Shown here in pieces: positions 9,556-17,103 of a stretch of DNA of 32,898 nucleotides. The DNA lies in the IMG/VR virus record IMGVR_UViG_3300042820_000068, positions 1 through 32,898 of that record, one strand, 5' to 3'. The notes under the pieces were generated by a model. The model searched no databases. It was not told where the DNA came from and saw nothing but the letters and a program-made list of their open reading frames with translations. The stretch's first letter is position 1. Every line of letters begins with the position of its first letter. A program made the translations under genes and the position numbers. Source of the stretch: a virus. Taxonomy: Duplodnaviria > Caudoviricetes.

Positions 9556-10090
9556 GTTTCGGCCCGGCCAGAGTCTCGAACTCCGCCACGGCCTTCTCCC
9601 GGTTGCGGCCCCTCCTCCCCTTGATCATCGGATCGGTGTCCAGTAACCGGAGAAATTTGTCCCGGTCTTCCTTCTTCTCGATCCCGCTGATGACAACCGA
9701 GAAGACGGCATCCAGAGCGGCGCCGATCGGCTGGATGTCCCACCGGAATCCAAGCTTGGCCAGTTCCCCTCCTACCACTGTCCAGTGAGTGGTGGCGACG
9801 GAGGCCAGGACGCATGCGGAGTGCATGGTTCTCCCGGTGGCCTCCTCGAGGGCGTCCACCAGGGCCGTGGTCAGCTCTTCCGGGTCGATGCCCCCGGACA
9901 GGAGCATCTCGTCCAGACTGTTCGGGTCGTCTGGACTTGACACGATGAAGTCAAGAACGGCGTGGAGGTCAGCCGTTACGAGCACCGGCCACCAGTCGAC
10001 AGCGGGGAGGGCCGGAACGTCGAACGTCCGACCCCCCAACTCGATCTCGATGGCCCAGCACCTCATTGAGGCGAGCGGGTCAACGTCCAC
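9461..10090 (-). CDS. Probable tail assembly chaperone (pre-TMP)
   Basis: 209 aa; last minus-strand gene before the TMP; IELGGRTFDVPALPAVDW N-terminus is typical of actinophage pre-TMP proteins. Confidence 0.6.
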   Translation of the reverse strand: MDVDPLASMRCWAIEIELGGRTFDVPALPAVDWWPVLVTADLHAVLDFIVSSPDDPNSLDEMLLSGGIDPEELTTALVDALEEATGRTMHSACVLASVATTHWTVVGGELAKLGFRWDIQPIGAALDAVFSVVISGIEKKEDRDKFLRLLDTDPMIKGRRGRNREKAVAEFETLAGPKPTAVLPATGAPSGNAHPRTPRLPRPPRQAAR

Positions 10091-10091
10091 G

Positions 10092-10478
10092 TCAGTCCGC
10101 CAGGTTCCGGGCCAGATCCATCAGCCGAGTGACCGTGTCCGCCGGGGTGGCGCCGTCCCACTTCGGAGCATGCTTGCGCTCGGGTACGGCCGCGAAGTCG
10201 TCCCAGTGCGAGAGCTTGTAGTGGTACGTGATCGTGCCCGTGGGCAGCTCGATCCCCACGACGAAGTAGCCGCCCTCGAACATCGGCGAGTCGTCCGGGT
10301 GGTGCTCTTTGCTCCGCCACGAGTCGTAGTTGCTGGCAGCGGCTCCGGCCAGCACGGCGGTCAGCGCACGGCGGTGGTCATACAACTCCCCGAACGTGTG
10401 GTGACCGTCGGTGATCTGGTCGGTGTTGATGCCGTCCGAGGGAACCCAGCGGTCGCCCTCACGAGAAAGGTTGCTCAC
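10092..10478 (-). CDS. WDGH-type conserved phage protein
   Basis: GTGA overlap with the upstream stop; motifs DGHHTFGELYDHR, WRSKEH..D..MF, GTITYH, APKWDGAT. Confidence 0.75.
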   Translation of the reverse strand: MSNLSREGDRWVPSDGINTDQITDGHHTFGELYDHRRALTAVLAGAAASNYDSWRSKEHHPDDSPMFEGGYFVVGIELPTGTITYHYKLSHWDDFAAVPERKHAPKWDGATPADTVTRLMDLARNLAD

Positions 10479-10876
10479 GCCTGGGGCCGATCCTTGATCG
10501 GACGGCCGACGATCCCGTACGGCTCCTCCGAGGTGCTGAGCAACGGCGGGTCCACCACAGTGGCCGGGCGCGGCACCGGCCCGGCGCGGCCGGTGTCCGA
10601 CTTGATACCCGCGCGCATCGCGCTGTCCTTGGCCTCGATCAGCTTGTTCAGCGCCGTGGTTAGTTCGGGAGAGTCCACCAGAACAGTCCGGATGATCTCG
10701 ATGGCGCTCTGATAGAACGGCCGGGAGAACCGCTGGAGCACCTCGGGGAGGTGCGAGAAGCAAAGCCATTGGAGCGCGTCGCGCACGCCCGGATGGCGGC
10801 CCTGGGTTGCGGCGTCCGCGTGCTCGCGGGTGCCCAGGATGGTGGACGGGTCGGGTTCTCGGCCGACGGACATCAT
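10475..10876 (-). CDS. Conserved phage helical protein (HLP..LQ..S.PF...E...ALxKLxEAKD family); possible Acb2/Tad1-hairpin-like
   Basis: Motifs FSHLPEVLQRFSRPF and PELTTALNKLIEAKDSAMRA; AGGAAGAGG RBS; translationally coupled at both ends. Confidence 0.7.
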   Translation of the reverse strand: MMSVGREPDPSTILGTREHADAATQGRHPGVRDALQWLCFSHLPEVLQRFSRPFYQSAIEIIRTVLVDSPELTTALNKLIEAKDSAMRAGIKSDTGRAGPVPRPATVVDPPLLSTSEEPYGIVGRPIKDRPQA

Positions 10877-10995
10877 TGCCTCTTCCTTTTCTTGGGTCGG
10901 TAGCTGAGCTGGAGTTTGAGGAGTTTACGGCGCGCCTGTTTGGCCTCGCGACGTTCTTCCGCGCGGCGCTGGGTGCGCTTGCCCCGAGAGTTCAT
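10873..10995 (-). CDS. 40-aa highly basic microprotein
   Basis: MNSRGKRTQRRAEERREAKQARRKLLKLQLSYRPKKRKRQ; ATGA overlaps at both ends; below the ORF-track cutoff. Confidence 0.65.
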   Translation of the reverse strand: MNSRGKRTQRRAEERREAKQARRKLLKLQLSYRPKKRKRQ

Positions 10996-11387
10996 GCGTG
11001 CTTGCGGGAAGCCTTCTTGGCCGGAGCCTTCTTGGTTGCCGCGCGCCGGGACTCGCGGTTGTCATCATCGGCGAACGCCTGAACGGCGAGAGTGACGAAC
11101 GGTGCCGTGTCCGCGAGGGTGACCGTCCCGTCCAGCATCTGATCGTCCAGCCAGTCCTTGTCCACCTGGTTGGCCATCACGGAGTCGATGATCCGGCGGG
11201 TGCGCTCCAGCGCGGCAAGAACCTGCTCCCCGTTCCAGCCGTCGTTGGCGCTCTGAAGCTGGACGAGGATCCGCTTCCATACCAGGATCTGTTCGGGCCT
11301 GGGGAACTTCACCCAGATCTTGCGGCCCATGAATTCGATCTCACGCTCGGGCCGGTCCTCGGCAACCACGGTCGTCTCATCACTCAT
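10992..11387 (-). CDS. Probable tail assembly chaperone
   Basis: 131 aa, acidic, with NRESRRA and a Lys-rich tail; tail operon position; TACAGT 6 nt before the ATG. Confidence 0.6.
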   Translation of the reverse strand: MSDETTVVAEDRPEREIEFMGRKIWVKFPRPEQILVWKRILVQLQSANDGWNGEQVLAALERTRRIIDSVMANQVDKDWLDDQMLDGTVTLADTAPFVTLAVQAFADDDNRESRRAATKKAPAKKASRKHA

Positions 11388-11419
11388 GGGGCCACTGTAA
11401 CCCAGACTGACAGGGCATC

Positions 11420-11830
11420 TCAGCCGATGGTCACCCGGAAGCCCGGAGTGGCCCCGGCCACCTCGCGCAGAGCAGTAGCGAGGTATGGGCGCCCCACGCG
11501 TGCGGGCTGGTGCACCTCGCGTGCATAAACCGTCCGGCCGTCCACGGTGAACTCCAGCTTTCCACCGGGCCGCTTCGCCCGGATGGTCAGCGCGCGGCGC
11601 CCGTTATGCACGGCCGCTGCATACTCGGCCGTGTAGAGCACGGTGCCGACCACGAGGGCGCCGCGTACGCTGACGTCCATCTGGCCGGAGGCACGCAGGA
11701 GACCGGTGTCCACGGGCACGAGCACCTGGGACCGGTTGAAGGTCTTGCGGGTGACCCGGCCAACCAGGCTCCGGGCACGCCGGATCCCTACCTCCTGGAG
11801 CTTGGCCCGGTCGATGTGCAGGTCAGCCAT
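11420..11830 (-). CDS. HK97 gp10-like tail completion/neck protein
   Basis: VPVDTGLLRAS, EYAAAVHNG and HQP...RPYLATAL motifs; ATG 11830 is 7 nt after TATTGT. Confidence 0.8.
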   Translation of the reverse strand: MADLHIDRAKLQEVGIRRARSLVGRVTRKTFNRSQVLVPVDTGLLRASGQMDVSVRGALVVGTVLYTAEYAAAVHNGRRALTIRAKRPGGKLEFTVDGRTVYAREVHQPARVGRPYLATALREVAGATPGFRVTIG

Positions 11831-11847
11831 GGCCCCGACAATACCGC

Positions 11848-11876
11848 TTGACACCTCCCCGGCATGGCGGTAAGGT
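11848..11876 (+). promoter_or_regulatory. Sigma70/HrdB-type promoter with operator-like spacer
   Basis: TTGACA-17 nt-TAAGGT; near-identical copies at 18920, 19189 and 20898. Confidence 0.8.
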
Positions 11877-11881
11877 TCACT

Positions 11882-12250
11882 ACGAAATACGGCGTGAGTA
11901 CCCAACCCATCAAGCCCTTCGCCCGAGCAGGACTCATCACCAGGCCGTCACGAGCTGGAATCCGTTGAGACCGGGGACGGCAGCCGATTCGAGGTCGGAG
12001 AAGGGCACGAAATACGGCGTGAGTGCCTAACCAGCACGTAGGGCCGGGCAACAGATCACGCACTGCTGGGTCAGCCGAGCGACTCTCCGCCCCTTGGTCG
12101 GGGCGGACTCGCGAGGGGCTGGAGGTTCGATTCCTCCCTTGATCGCAACTCGGGCCGGGACGCTAATCCCGGTGGCGAGCCAGGAAGGTGGCCCTTCCGG
12201 ACGCGGCCGACCATTTCCATGACCGACCATGGAAATGGTCGGCCGTGCTT
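11882..12250 (+). ncRNA. Putative structured ncRNA with two tRNA-like units (11914-12007, 12054-12145)
   Basis: Begins just after the promoter; 26-nt direct repeat at 11882 and 12007; acceptor-like stems GCCCTTC/GAAGGGC and GATCACG/CTTGATC, each stacked on a TTCGA T-arm; several further hairpins; no convincing CDS. Confidence 0.55.
12202..12247. other. 20-bp hairpin (terminator, attenuator or processing stem)
   Basis: CGCGGCCGACCATTTCCATG-accgac-CATGGAAATGGTCGGCCGTG. Confidence 0.65.
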
Positions 12251-12275
12251 TCCTGCCGATATACCTGGGAGAAGC

Positions 12276-12695
12276 ATGATCAAGAAGCTGTCCGTTCTGC
12301 TGGCCAGTATCGCCCTGGCACTGGACCTCACGGCCGTCCCGGCGACTGCCGCCGCGAGCGACTGTCCAGATCTCCGGTTCTGCATCTGGACCGGCGACAA
12401 CTTCACCGGCTCCCGGTACGAGTACAGTCGGTCCAACTTCACCGACACCGGCAGCCCGACACACCCCCTGTACAACGGCATCCGCCTGCCGTCCGGCCTG
12501 ACCAACCAGGGCAGCTCGTTCTACAACCGGCTCGGGCAGTACTGGGACGTCAACATCTACGACGCCGTGAACTGCGACGCGGGTCAGTGGTTCCGCACGG
12601 TGGTCAACGGCCAGGCAGCGAACGCGGCCGGGTCGGACTGGCAGAACCGGGTGAGCTCCATCCAGCTTCAATCAGCTTCCCCGTTGCACTGCTGA
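12276..12695 (+). CDS. Secreted peptidase inhibitor family I36 (SMPI/beta-gamma-crystallin-like) protein
   Basis: Signal peptide MIKKLSVLL...ATAAA; CPDLRFCIWTGDNFTG, NQGSSFYN and WQNRVSS motifs; GGGAG RBS. Confidence 0.8.
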   Translation: MIKKLSVLLASIALALDLTAVPATAAASDCPDLRFCIWTGDNFTGSRYEYSRSNFTDTGSPTHPLYNGIRLPSGLTNQGSSFYNRLGQYWDVNIYDAVNCDAGQWFRTVVNGQAANAAGSDWQNRVSSIQLQSASPLHC

Positions 12696-12730
12696 TCAAG
12701 AAGGAACGGCTGTAAGGTAAAAGACTTAGC

Positions 12731-12768
12731 GGTGGCCCCGGGTGCGCTTAAACCCCCCGGGGCTACCT
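12731..12768. terminator. Hairpin between convergent genes
   Basis: GGTGGCCCCGGG...CCCGGGGCTACC. Confidence 0.55.
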
Positions 12769-12773
12769 GCTTG

Positions 12774-13322
12774 TCAGGATGACTCCGGACCTGCCTCGTT
12801 GCAATCGCATGCCGGACCCTGGATGACCACGGACATGACTCCGCCGACACAGCCGCCCTGAATCGAGATAGGTTGCCACTCACGCGGGAGCGTGCGCCGG
12901 ACTCGGCTCGGGACCGCAGCGATGAAACAACAGATGGCGCGCCGCATGGCTGCCGCATCGTCCATGATCACCTGGGTGACCGCGTCCCACTGCTCGCCGG
13001 TCGGGATCTCCGTCTCGTCCGGCGTCGGCATACAGCGGATCACACCCAGCTCCAGTGTGATGGCCCAGGCGTTCGTGCCCTTGGGCAACGGTGCCTCGTC
13101 CTGCTGGGGGAAGACCGAGGAGCTGGGGAGGAACCCAGCCGGGCGCACCCATCCGAGTCCCTCGCAGCACTCGTCCTGGGTAGTTGACAGCAAATGGTCA
13201 ACCACGGTGCCCGCGCGGAACTGCACGTACGCCGGAGGATTCTCGACCTTGTCCAGCTCCTGGGCGAAGCAGGCCAGGAGATCGCGCGCGAGAGGCATCA
13301 CCGATGGGTCGTGAACAACCAT
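12774..13322 (-). CDS. Tail terminator/head-tail connector-like protein
   Basis: Follows the adaptor; DECCEGLGWVR, LELGVIRCMP and QGGCVGG motifs as in cluster-B-like phages. Confidence 0.65.
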   Translation of the reverse strand: MVVHDPSVMPLARDLLACFAQELDKVENPPAYVQFRAGTVVDHLLSTTQDECCEGLGWVRPAGFLPSSSVFPQQDEAPLPKGTNAWAITLELGVIRCMPTPDETEIPTGEQWDAVTQVIMDDAAAMRRAICCFIAAVPSRVRRTLPREWQPISIQGGCVGGVMSVVIQGPACDCNEAGPESS

Positions 13323-13323
13323 G

Positions 13324-14136
13324 TCAGCTCCCCGCCGGAACGACGGTCATCCGGTCACAGGCCCCGGGGATGTCGGGCGAGAGCAATAGTGGGGGCGCCT
13401 GTCGCCTGCTCGGATTCAGGGCGGCGATCACGTCGTCCACCTCGCGGATCCCGGTCCGGCCGTCGATCGGGTCGGGAGAGGACACCTCGACCTCCACGCC
13501 CTGCCGGGACAGCCGGGTCATTTTGGCCGGGAGCTTGCACGCTCCGCCGTTCAAGCTCTTGGCATACTCGCACGCGAGCATCGCCGTAGCGATCGCCAGC
13601 GCCTCCGGCAGCGTCCGGCCCAAGTCGTAGGTGACCTCGAAGGACCCCTCCTCCCCGGGTTCGGTGGAGAAGTTCTGGCAGACCGGCCAGCATTGGCCGT
13701 CGATGCGCACCAGCAGGTAGGTCCCGCCGGTGACGTCCACCCGGTACGCGCTGGCCGGGATCACGTCCTCGCCGACCACCACCTCTTCTACTGCCGTTAC
13801 CGGCCCGCGCAGCACTACCGCGCACGCCGAGTCTCCGCAACACGCTGACGAACACCCGGAGTTGAACCATCGTCCACTGAAGAGGAACAGACCGCCAGGA
13901 ACGCCCAGGCCGGACAGTCCGGGCGCCACGGGGAAGGTCTGGTAGAGGATCTCTGCCCGGTTCGCCTGACTCGGCCGGACGGTAACCGGGCATGGCCCGT
14001 ACTGGCGTCCGGTCGCGGCCCACAGGTAGGTAGATGACAGCCATAGGGCCATGTCCTTGGTCGTCTGGGGGTAGTCGTTCCAGCCGGAACAGACCTCGGT
14101 CGGAACCACCACATCCCATGAACACGGAATCGTCAT
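13324..14136 (-). CDS. Head-to-tail adaptor
   Basis: ATG 14136 (TGATG overlap, GGAGGGG RBS); LWAATGRQYGPCPVTVRP, WPVCQN, CKLP.KMTRLSRQGV and TGIREVD motifs. Confidence 0.8.
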   Translation of the reverse strand: MTIPCSWDVVVPTEVCSGWNDYPQTTKDMALWLSSTYLWAATGRQYGPCPVTVRPSQANRAEILYQTFPVAPGLSGLGVPGGLFLFSGRWFNSGCSSACCGDSACAVVLRGPVTAVEEVVVGEDVIPASAYRVDVTGGTYLLVRIDGQCWPVCQNFSTEPGEEGSFEVTYDLGRTLPEALAIATAMLACEYAKSLNGGACKLPAKMTRLSRQGVEVEVSSPDPIDGRTGIREVDDVIAALNPSRRQAPPLLLSPDIPGACDRMTVVPAGS

Positions 14137-15101
14137 CAGCAATCCCCTCCAGGGAACGACTTTACAGCCCGTGGGGTCCAGAGGTAGCCGCTGGCCACCC
14201 CAGGTGTCCAGGGCCACGGAGAGACCGGACATCCCGCGTCACCGTTGGAACCGGAGGCCGACACCGCGAGGTTCAGGCCCAGAGCAGCGGCGCCGTGCGA
14301 GGCGTGCTCCCCGGAGGCCGACACCGCGAGGTTCAGGCCGAGCGCGGCGGCGCCCTGAGAGACCCGTTCCCCGGTGGCCGACACCGCGAGGTTCAGGCCA
14401 AGCGCCGCCACACCCTGGGAAGCCCGTTCCCCGGTGGCCGATACCGCGAGGTTCAGGGCCAGGGCCGACACACCCTGGGAGCGTGCCTGACCGGTGGCCG
14501 ATACCGCGAGATCCAGGCCGAGCGCCGCCACACCCTGGGTGAGAGCCTGACCGGTGGCCGATACCGCGAGGCCGAGACCCAGATCTACCGAGCCTTCTGC
14601 CGGTCCGGCCCCATCGGGGACGAACACGACATCAACGAAATAACACCCGTCGTTGAAGCTTGACGCCGGGAAGTCAACATTGCCCGATGCGCCACTCGTG
14701 AAGCGCCCGGCGTTGGATGGCGTCGACAGGTCGCCGTTCGTCAGCGGCCACGAGAAAGATCCAGTCGCGACGTACCGGTTGGGGGTCCGGATGGTGGCGC
14801 AGACCATCGTTCCGGCGAGCACGTGCGCCGGGGAAGTGAGGGCGACCTCGTTCCACGAACCCGGCGTTCCGGGACTGGCGAAAGACGCATCTGCTCCGCC
14901 GATCTTGGACTGATCGGAGTTCAGGAACAGGTTCGCCTTGACGGCCTCCCCGCCTGGCTGAGCACCGGTGGGGAAGTACCACCGGATGGCTGTGAAAGTT
15001 CCGTCCACGGCCGGGGTGATGTACGTGCCCATCGAATACGAGTCGGACCCGTCGGCAGCGTCCGGCGTAGCAGGGGTCTGGCTGGTGAACAGAGAGGCCA
15101 T
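14136..15101 (-). CDS. Virion fibre/decoration protein: DUF4082-like N-domain plus 20-aa tandem repeats
   Basis: DSYSMGTY...GTFTAIRWY, GSWNEVAL and FPASSF..YFVDVVF motifs; repeats of GxAALGLNLAVSATGExASQ. Confidence 0.7.
   Translation of the reverse strand: MASLFTSQTPATPDAADGSDSYSMGTYITPAVDGTFTAIRWYFPTGAQPGGEAVKANLFLNSDQSKIGGADASFASPGTPGSWNEVALTSPAHVLAGTMVCATIRTPNRYVATGSFSWPLTNGDLSTPSNAGRFTSGASGNVDFPASSFNDGCYFVDVVFVPDGAGPAEGSVDLGLGLAVSATGQALTQGVAALGLDLAVSATGQARSQGVSALALNLAVSATGERASQGVAALGLNLAVSATGERVSQGAAALGLNLAVSASGEHASHGAAALGLNLAVSASGSNGDAGCPVSPWPWTPGVASGYLWTPRAVKSFPGGDC
14251..14590. repeat. 60-bp coding tandem repeat, about 5.7 copies
   Basis: CCGG(A/T)GGCCGA(C/T)ACCGCGAG recurs at 14251, 14311, 14371, 14431, 14491 and 14551. 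Confidence 0.9.
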
Positions 15102-15114
15102 TGTCGGCCCCCGA

Positions 15115-15450
15115 TCAGGTGCTGGAGCCGGTGATGGTCAGCGCCGTGATGTCGTATGCGCCGCTGGCGTTGAACGCCTGGTCACCGGTGAGCGCGTCGA
15201 AGCCGTAGAACGTCCCGGCCGTGGAAGCACTGAAGAACAGGGCGTGCGTGGCACCGGCGGCCGGGGTGCCGGTGTAGGAGTACGGGACGCCGGTCGCCGT
15301 AATCACGCCCGCTGCCACCGTGCTGGCGAGCTGGCGCCGCTGGGCCGAGGTCTGGTCCCCGGCGGTTGCACCACTGCCGACCCCCACCCAGATGACGGCC
15401 TCGTTGCCGTCGTCCAAGATCGCGTTGATTCCTGCGGTGTTGAGCGGCAT
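15115..15450 (-). CDS. Small virion structural protein (fibre-associated)
   Basis: MPLNTAGINAILD...ATHALFFSASTAGTFYG; Ala/Thr/Gly-rich; between the major tail gene and the DUF4082 gene. Confidence 0.65.
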   Translation of the reverse strand: MPLNTAGINAILDDGNEAVIWVGVGSGATAGDQTSAQRRQLASTVAAGVITATGVPYSYTGTPAAGATHALFFSASTAGTFYGFDALTGDQAFNASGAYDITALTITGSST

Positions 15451-15480
15451 GGCCGGACCCCTTCTTGACACTTTACAGTC

Positions 15481-15521
15481 AGACCGGTTGATAGACGAAC
15501 AGATCATCTATCAACCGGTCT
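15481..15521. terminator. 15-bp hairpin after the major tail gene
   Basis: AGACCGGTTGATAGA-11 nt-TCTATCAACCGGTCT. Confidence 0.6.
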
Positions 15522-15528
15522 CGAACCC

Positions 15529-16221
15529 CTAGCTGGAGAGCGACAAGCAACCACAGTGCGCCGCAGGAGGCGCAAGCTGGGTCCAGATCGGCAGGTGATG
15601 CGTGTCGGTCGGGATCGCCGTGAACAGCGGAGACGGTGCCTCCGCCACGTCGACCACAACGTCATACGGGCCGACGCCCCACGGGGTGCCCTTGCGCGTC
15701 CGGCCGACCACCGTGAAGGTGATCAGGTCGTTGGTGATGGTGATGTCCTCGGACAGCGCACCCTCGACCACCCACGGGAGCAGGTTGTAACCGAAGAACG
15801 GGAGCGGGTCACCGGGGAGGCACTCCTCCTCGGCGTTGCCCATCCAGACCTCCAGCGCGAAGTTCGCCGTAGCGAAGTCCGACTCGGTCACCGGGAATCC
15901 GATGACGCGGTCCTGGTCGTCCATGTACGGCTGGAGACCCGTGATGATCGTGAAGAGCTCCGGGTCCACCTCCTGGAACTGGATCGACACGTCGTACCAG
16001 TTCAGGCTCGGCGCCGAGCGCTGGTTGATGATCGCCCGTCCGTTGGCGTTGCGCTGAAGGAAACGCTCGCCGTCCTCGGTGTTGGGCGTGAGCACGGCCT
16101 GAACGTAGCCGTCGCTGACGGCATACGCGCAATCGCCGAACTCGGGGTTGCCACACTCGTCCAGGCGGGTCACGCGGAGCGTTTCCCCCTGAAGCGGGCG
16201 GGCACAGACGAGGTTCGTCAT
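15529..16221 (-). CDS. Major tail protein
   Basis: RVTRLDECG.P, VSDGYVQ, FALEVW and WGVGPYDV motifs of cluster-B-like tail tube proteins. Confidence 0.85.
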   Translation of the reverse strand: MTNLVCARPLQGETLRVTRLDECGNPEFGDCAYAVSDGYVQAVLTPNTEDGERFLQRNANGRAIINQRSAPSLNWYDVSIQFQEVDPELFTIITGLQPYMDDQDRVIGFPVTESDFATANFALEVWMGNAEEECLPGDPLPFFGYNLLPWVVEGALSEDITITNDLITFTVVGRTRKGTPWGVGPYDVVVDVAEAPSPLFTAIPTDTHHLPIWTQLAPPAAHCGCLSLSS

Positions 16222-17030
16222 GGTGAAGTGACCTCCAGGGGATCGAACTCAGCGCGACCAGCGAAGCAATCGAACGCGACCGAGTAAGCACGCTCGGCCA
16301 CCATGAGAACCTCATTCGTCGCGTTCTCGAAAGAGCTGTAGACCTGCACCTCGGGCGCACGCCACACGGTGGTCTGGCCGGTGACGATGACCGACCCGGC
16401 CGGGTAGGCGCCGAACGCCCAGACGCTCCCCATCGGGGTGACCTTGCGGTTGCCGTCCATCAGCACCAAGCCAGCCTCGAACGCGAACGCCGCGACCTCG
16501 ACCGGCGCATGGATGTAGGCCGTGTAGCCGTACCCGTGCACCGTGTAGGCGTAGCGCTCCAGGGCGCCGATCACGTCAGTGATCAAGCCCGGGTCGTAGC
16601 CGGTGGGGATGTCGGCAGCCTCCCCGTTCAGGTTGAGGATGCCGAGCGCGTTGCCCTCGAAGTCCAGGCCGGTCCAGAACGCGGCTTCCACCGTGGCCTG
16701 TTCGCCGGACTCCAGGCGACGACGCACCTGGGCCTCAAGCTCCGGCCGGGTGTAGCCGACCGCTCCGCAGTCCAGCGTGGCCAAAGCGACGAACACGCCG
16801 GTGTCGACCTCGTCGTTTCCCGGGTCGAGCGGCTTGACCGGCGCCTCTCCCGGGTCGTAGCAGTTCACGCCGAGCGGGTAGGCGCCGCCACACGTCACGG
16901 GGACGTAGCGGACGCCACCACCTTCCCCGTGCTGGGGGAGGTCGAGCGGCCCGGAGGCCGCGTCAAACAGGCCGTACCGGCGCCGGAGAGGTTCCGGTGC
17001 GGGGACGGTCAGTCCAGGAATCAGTGCCAC
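16218..17030 (-). CDS. Major capsid pentamer protein (Rosebush-like)
   Basis: 270 aa directly after the large capsid gene; YGLF, EQATVEAAFW and TNEVLMVAERAY motifs. Confidence 0.75.
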   Translation of the reverse strand: MALIPGLTVPAPEPLRRRYGLFDAASGPLDLPQHGEGGGVRYVPVTCGGAYPLGVNCYDPGEAPVKPLDPGNDEVDTGVFVALATLDCGAVGYTRPELEAQVRRRLESGEQATVEAAFWTGLDFEGNALGILNLNGEAADIPTGYDPGLITDVIGALERYAYTVHGYGYTAYIHAPVEVAAFAFEAGLVLMDGNRKVTPMGSVWAFGAYPAGSVIVTGQTTVWRAPEVQVYSSFENATNEVLMVAERAYSVAFDCFAGRAEFDPLEVTSP

Positions 17031-17062
17031 GTGCTCACCTCCTCAGGTGGTTTGTTCCAGGT

Positions 17063-17090
17063 AGGGCCGGTGCCCGGAAGCACCGGCCCT
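17063..17090. terminator. Hairpin between the hexamer and pentamer capsid genes
   Basis: AGGGCCGGTGC-ccggaa-GCACCGGCCCT. Confidence 0.65.
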
Positions 17091-17103
17091 CCGAGGGGGT
17101 GGG

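Noticed and set aside
9461-11387. Programmed -1 frameshift joining the tail assembly chaperones
   Set aside because: The two genes are about 900 nt apart with three ORFs between them, and no clear slippery heptamer was seen at the end of the first.
12054-12147. Canonical tRNA gene
   Set aside because: The T-arm is good, but there is no 5-bp/7-nt anticodon arm, the D-arm is non-standard and the acceptor has a mismatch. Reported as tRNA-like instead. It has no GAT anticodon, so nothing links it to the AUC starts.
14251-14590. 60-bp repeats as a non-coding array
   Set aside because: They are contiguous, in frame and vary mostly at synonymous or conservative positions, so they are a protein repeat.
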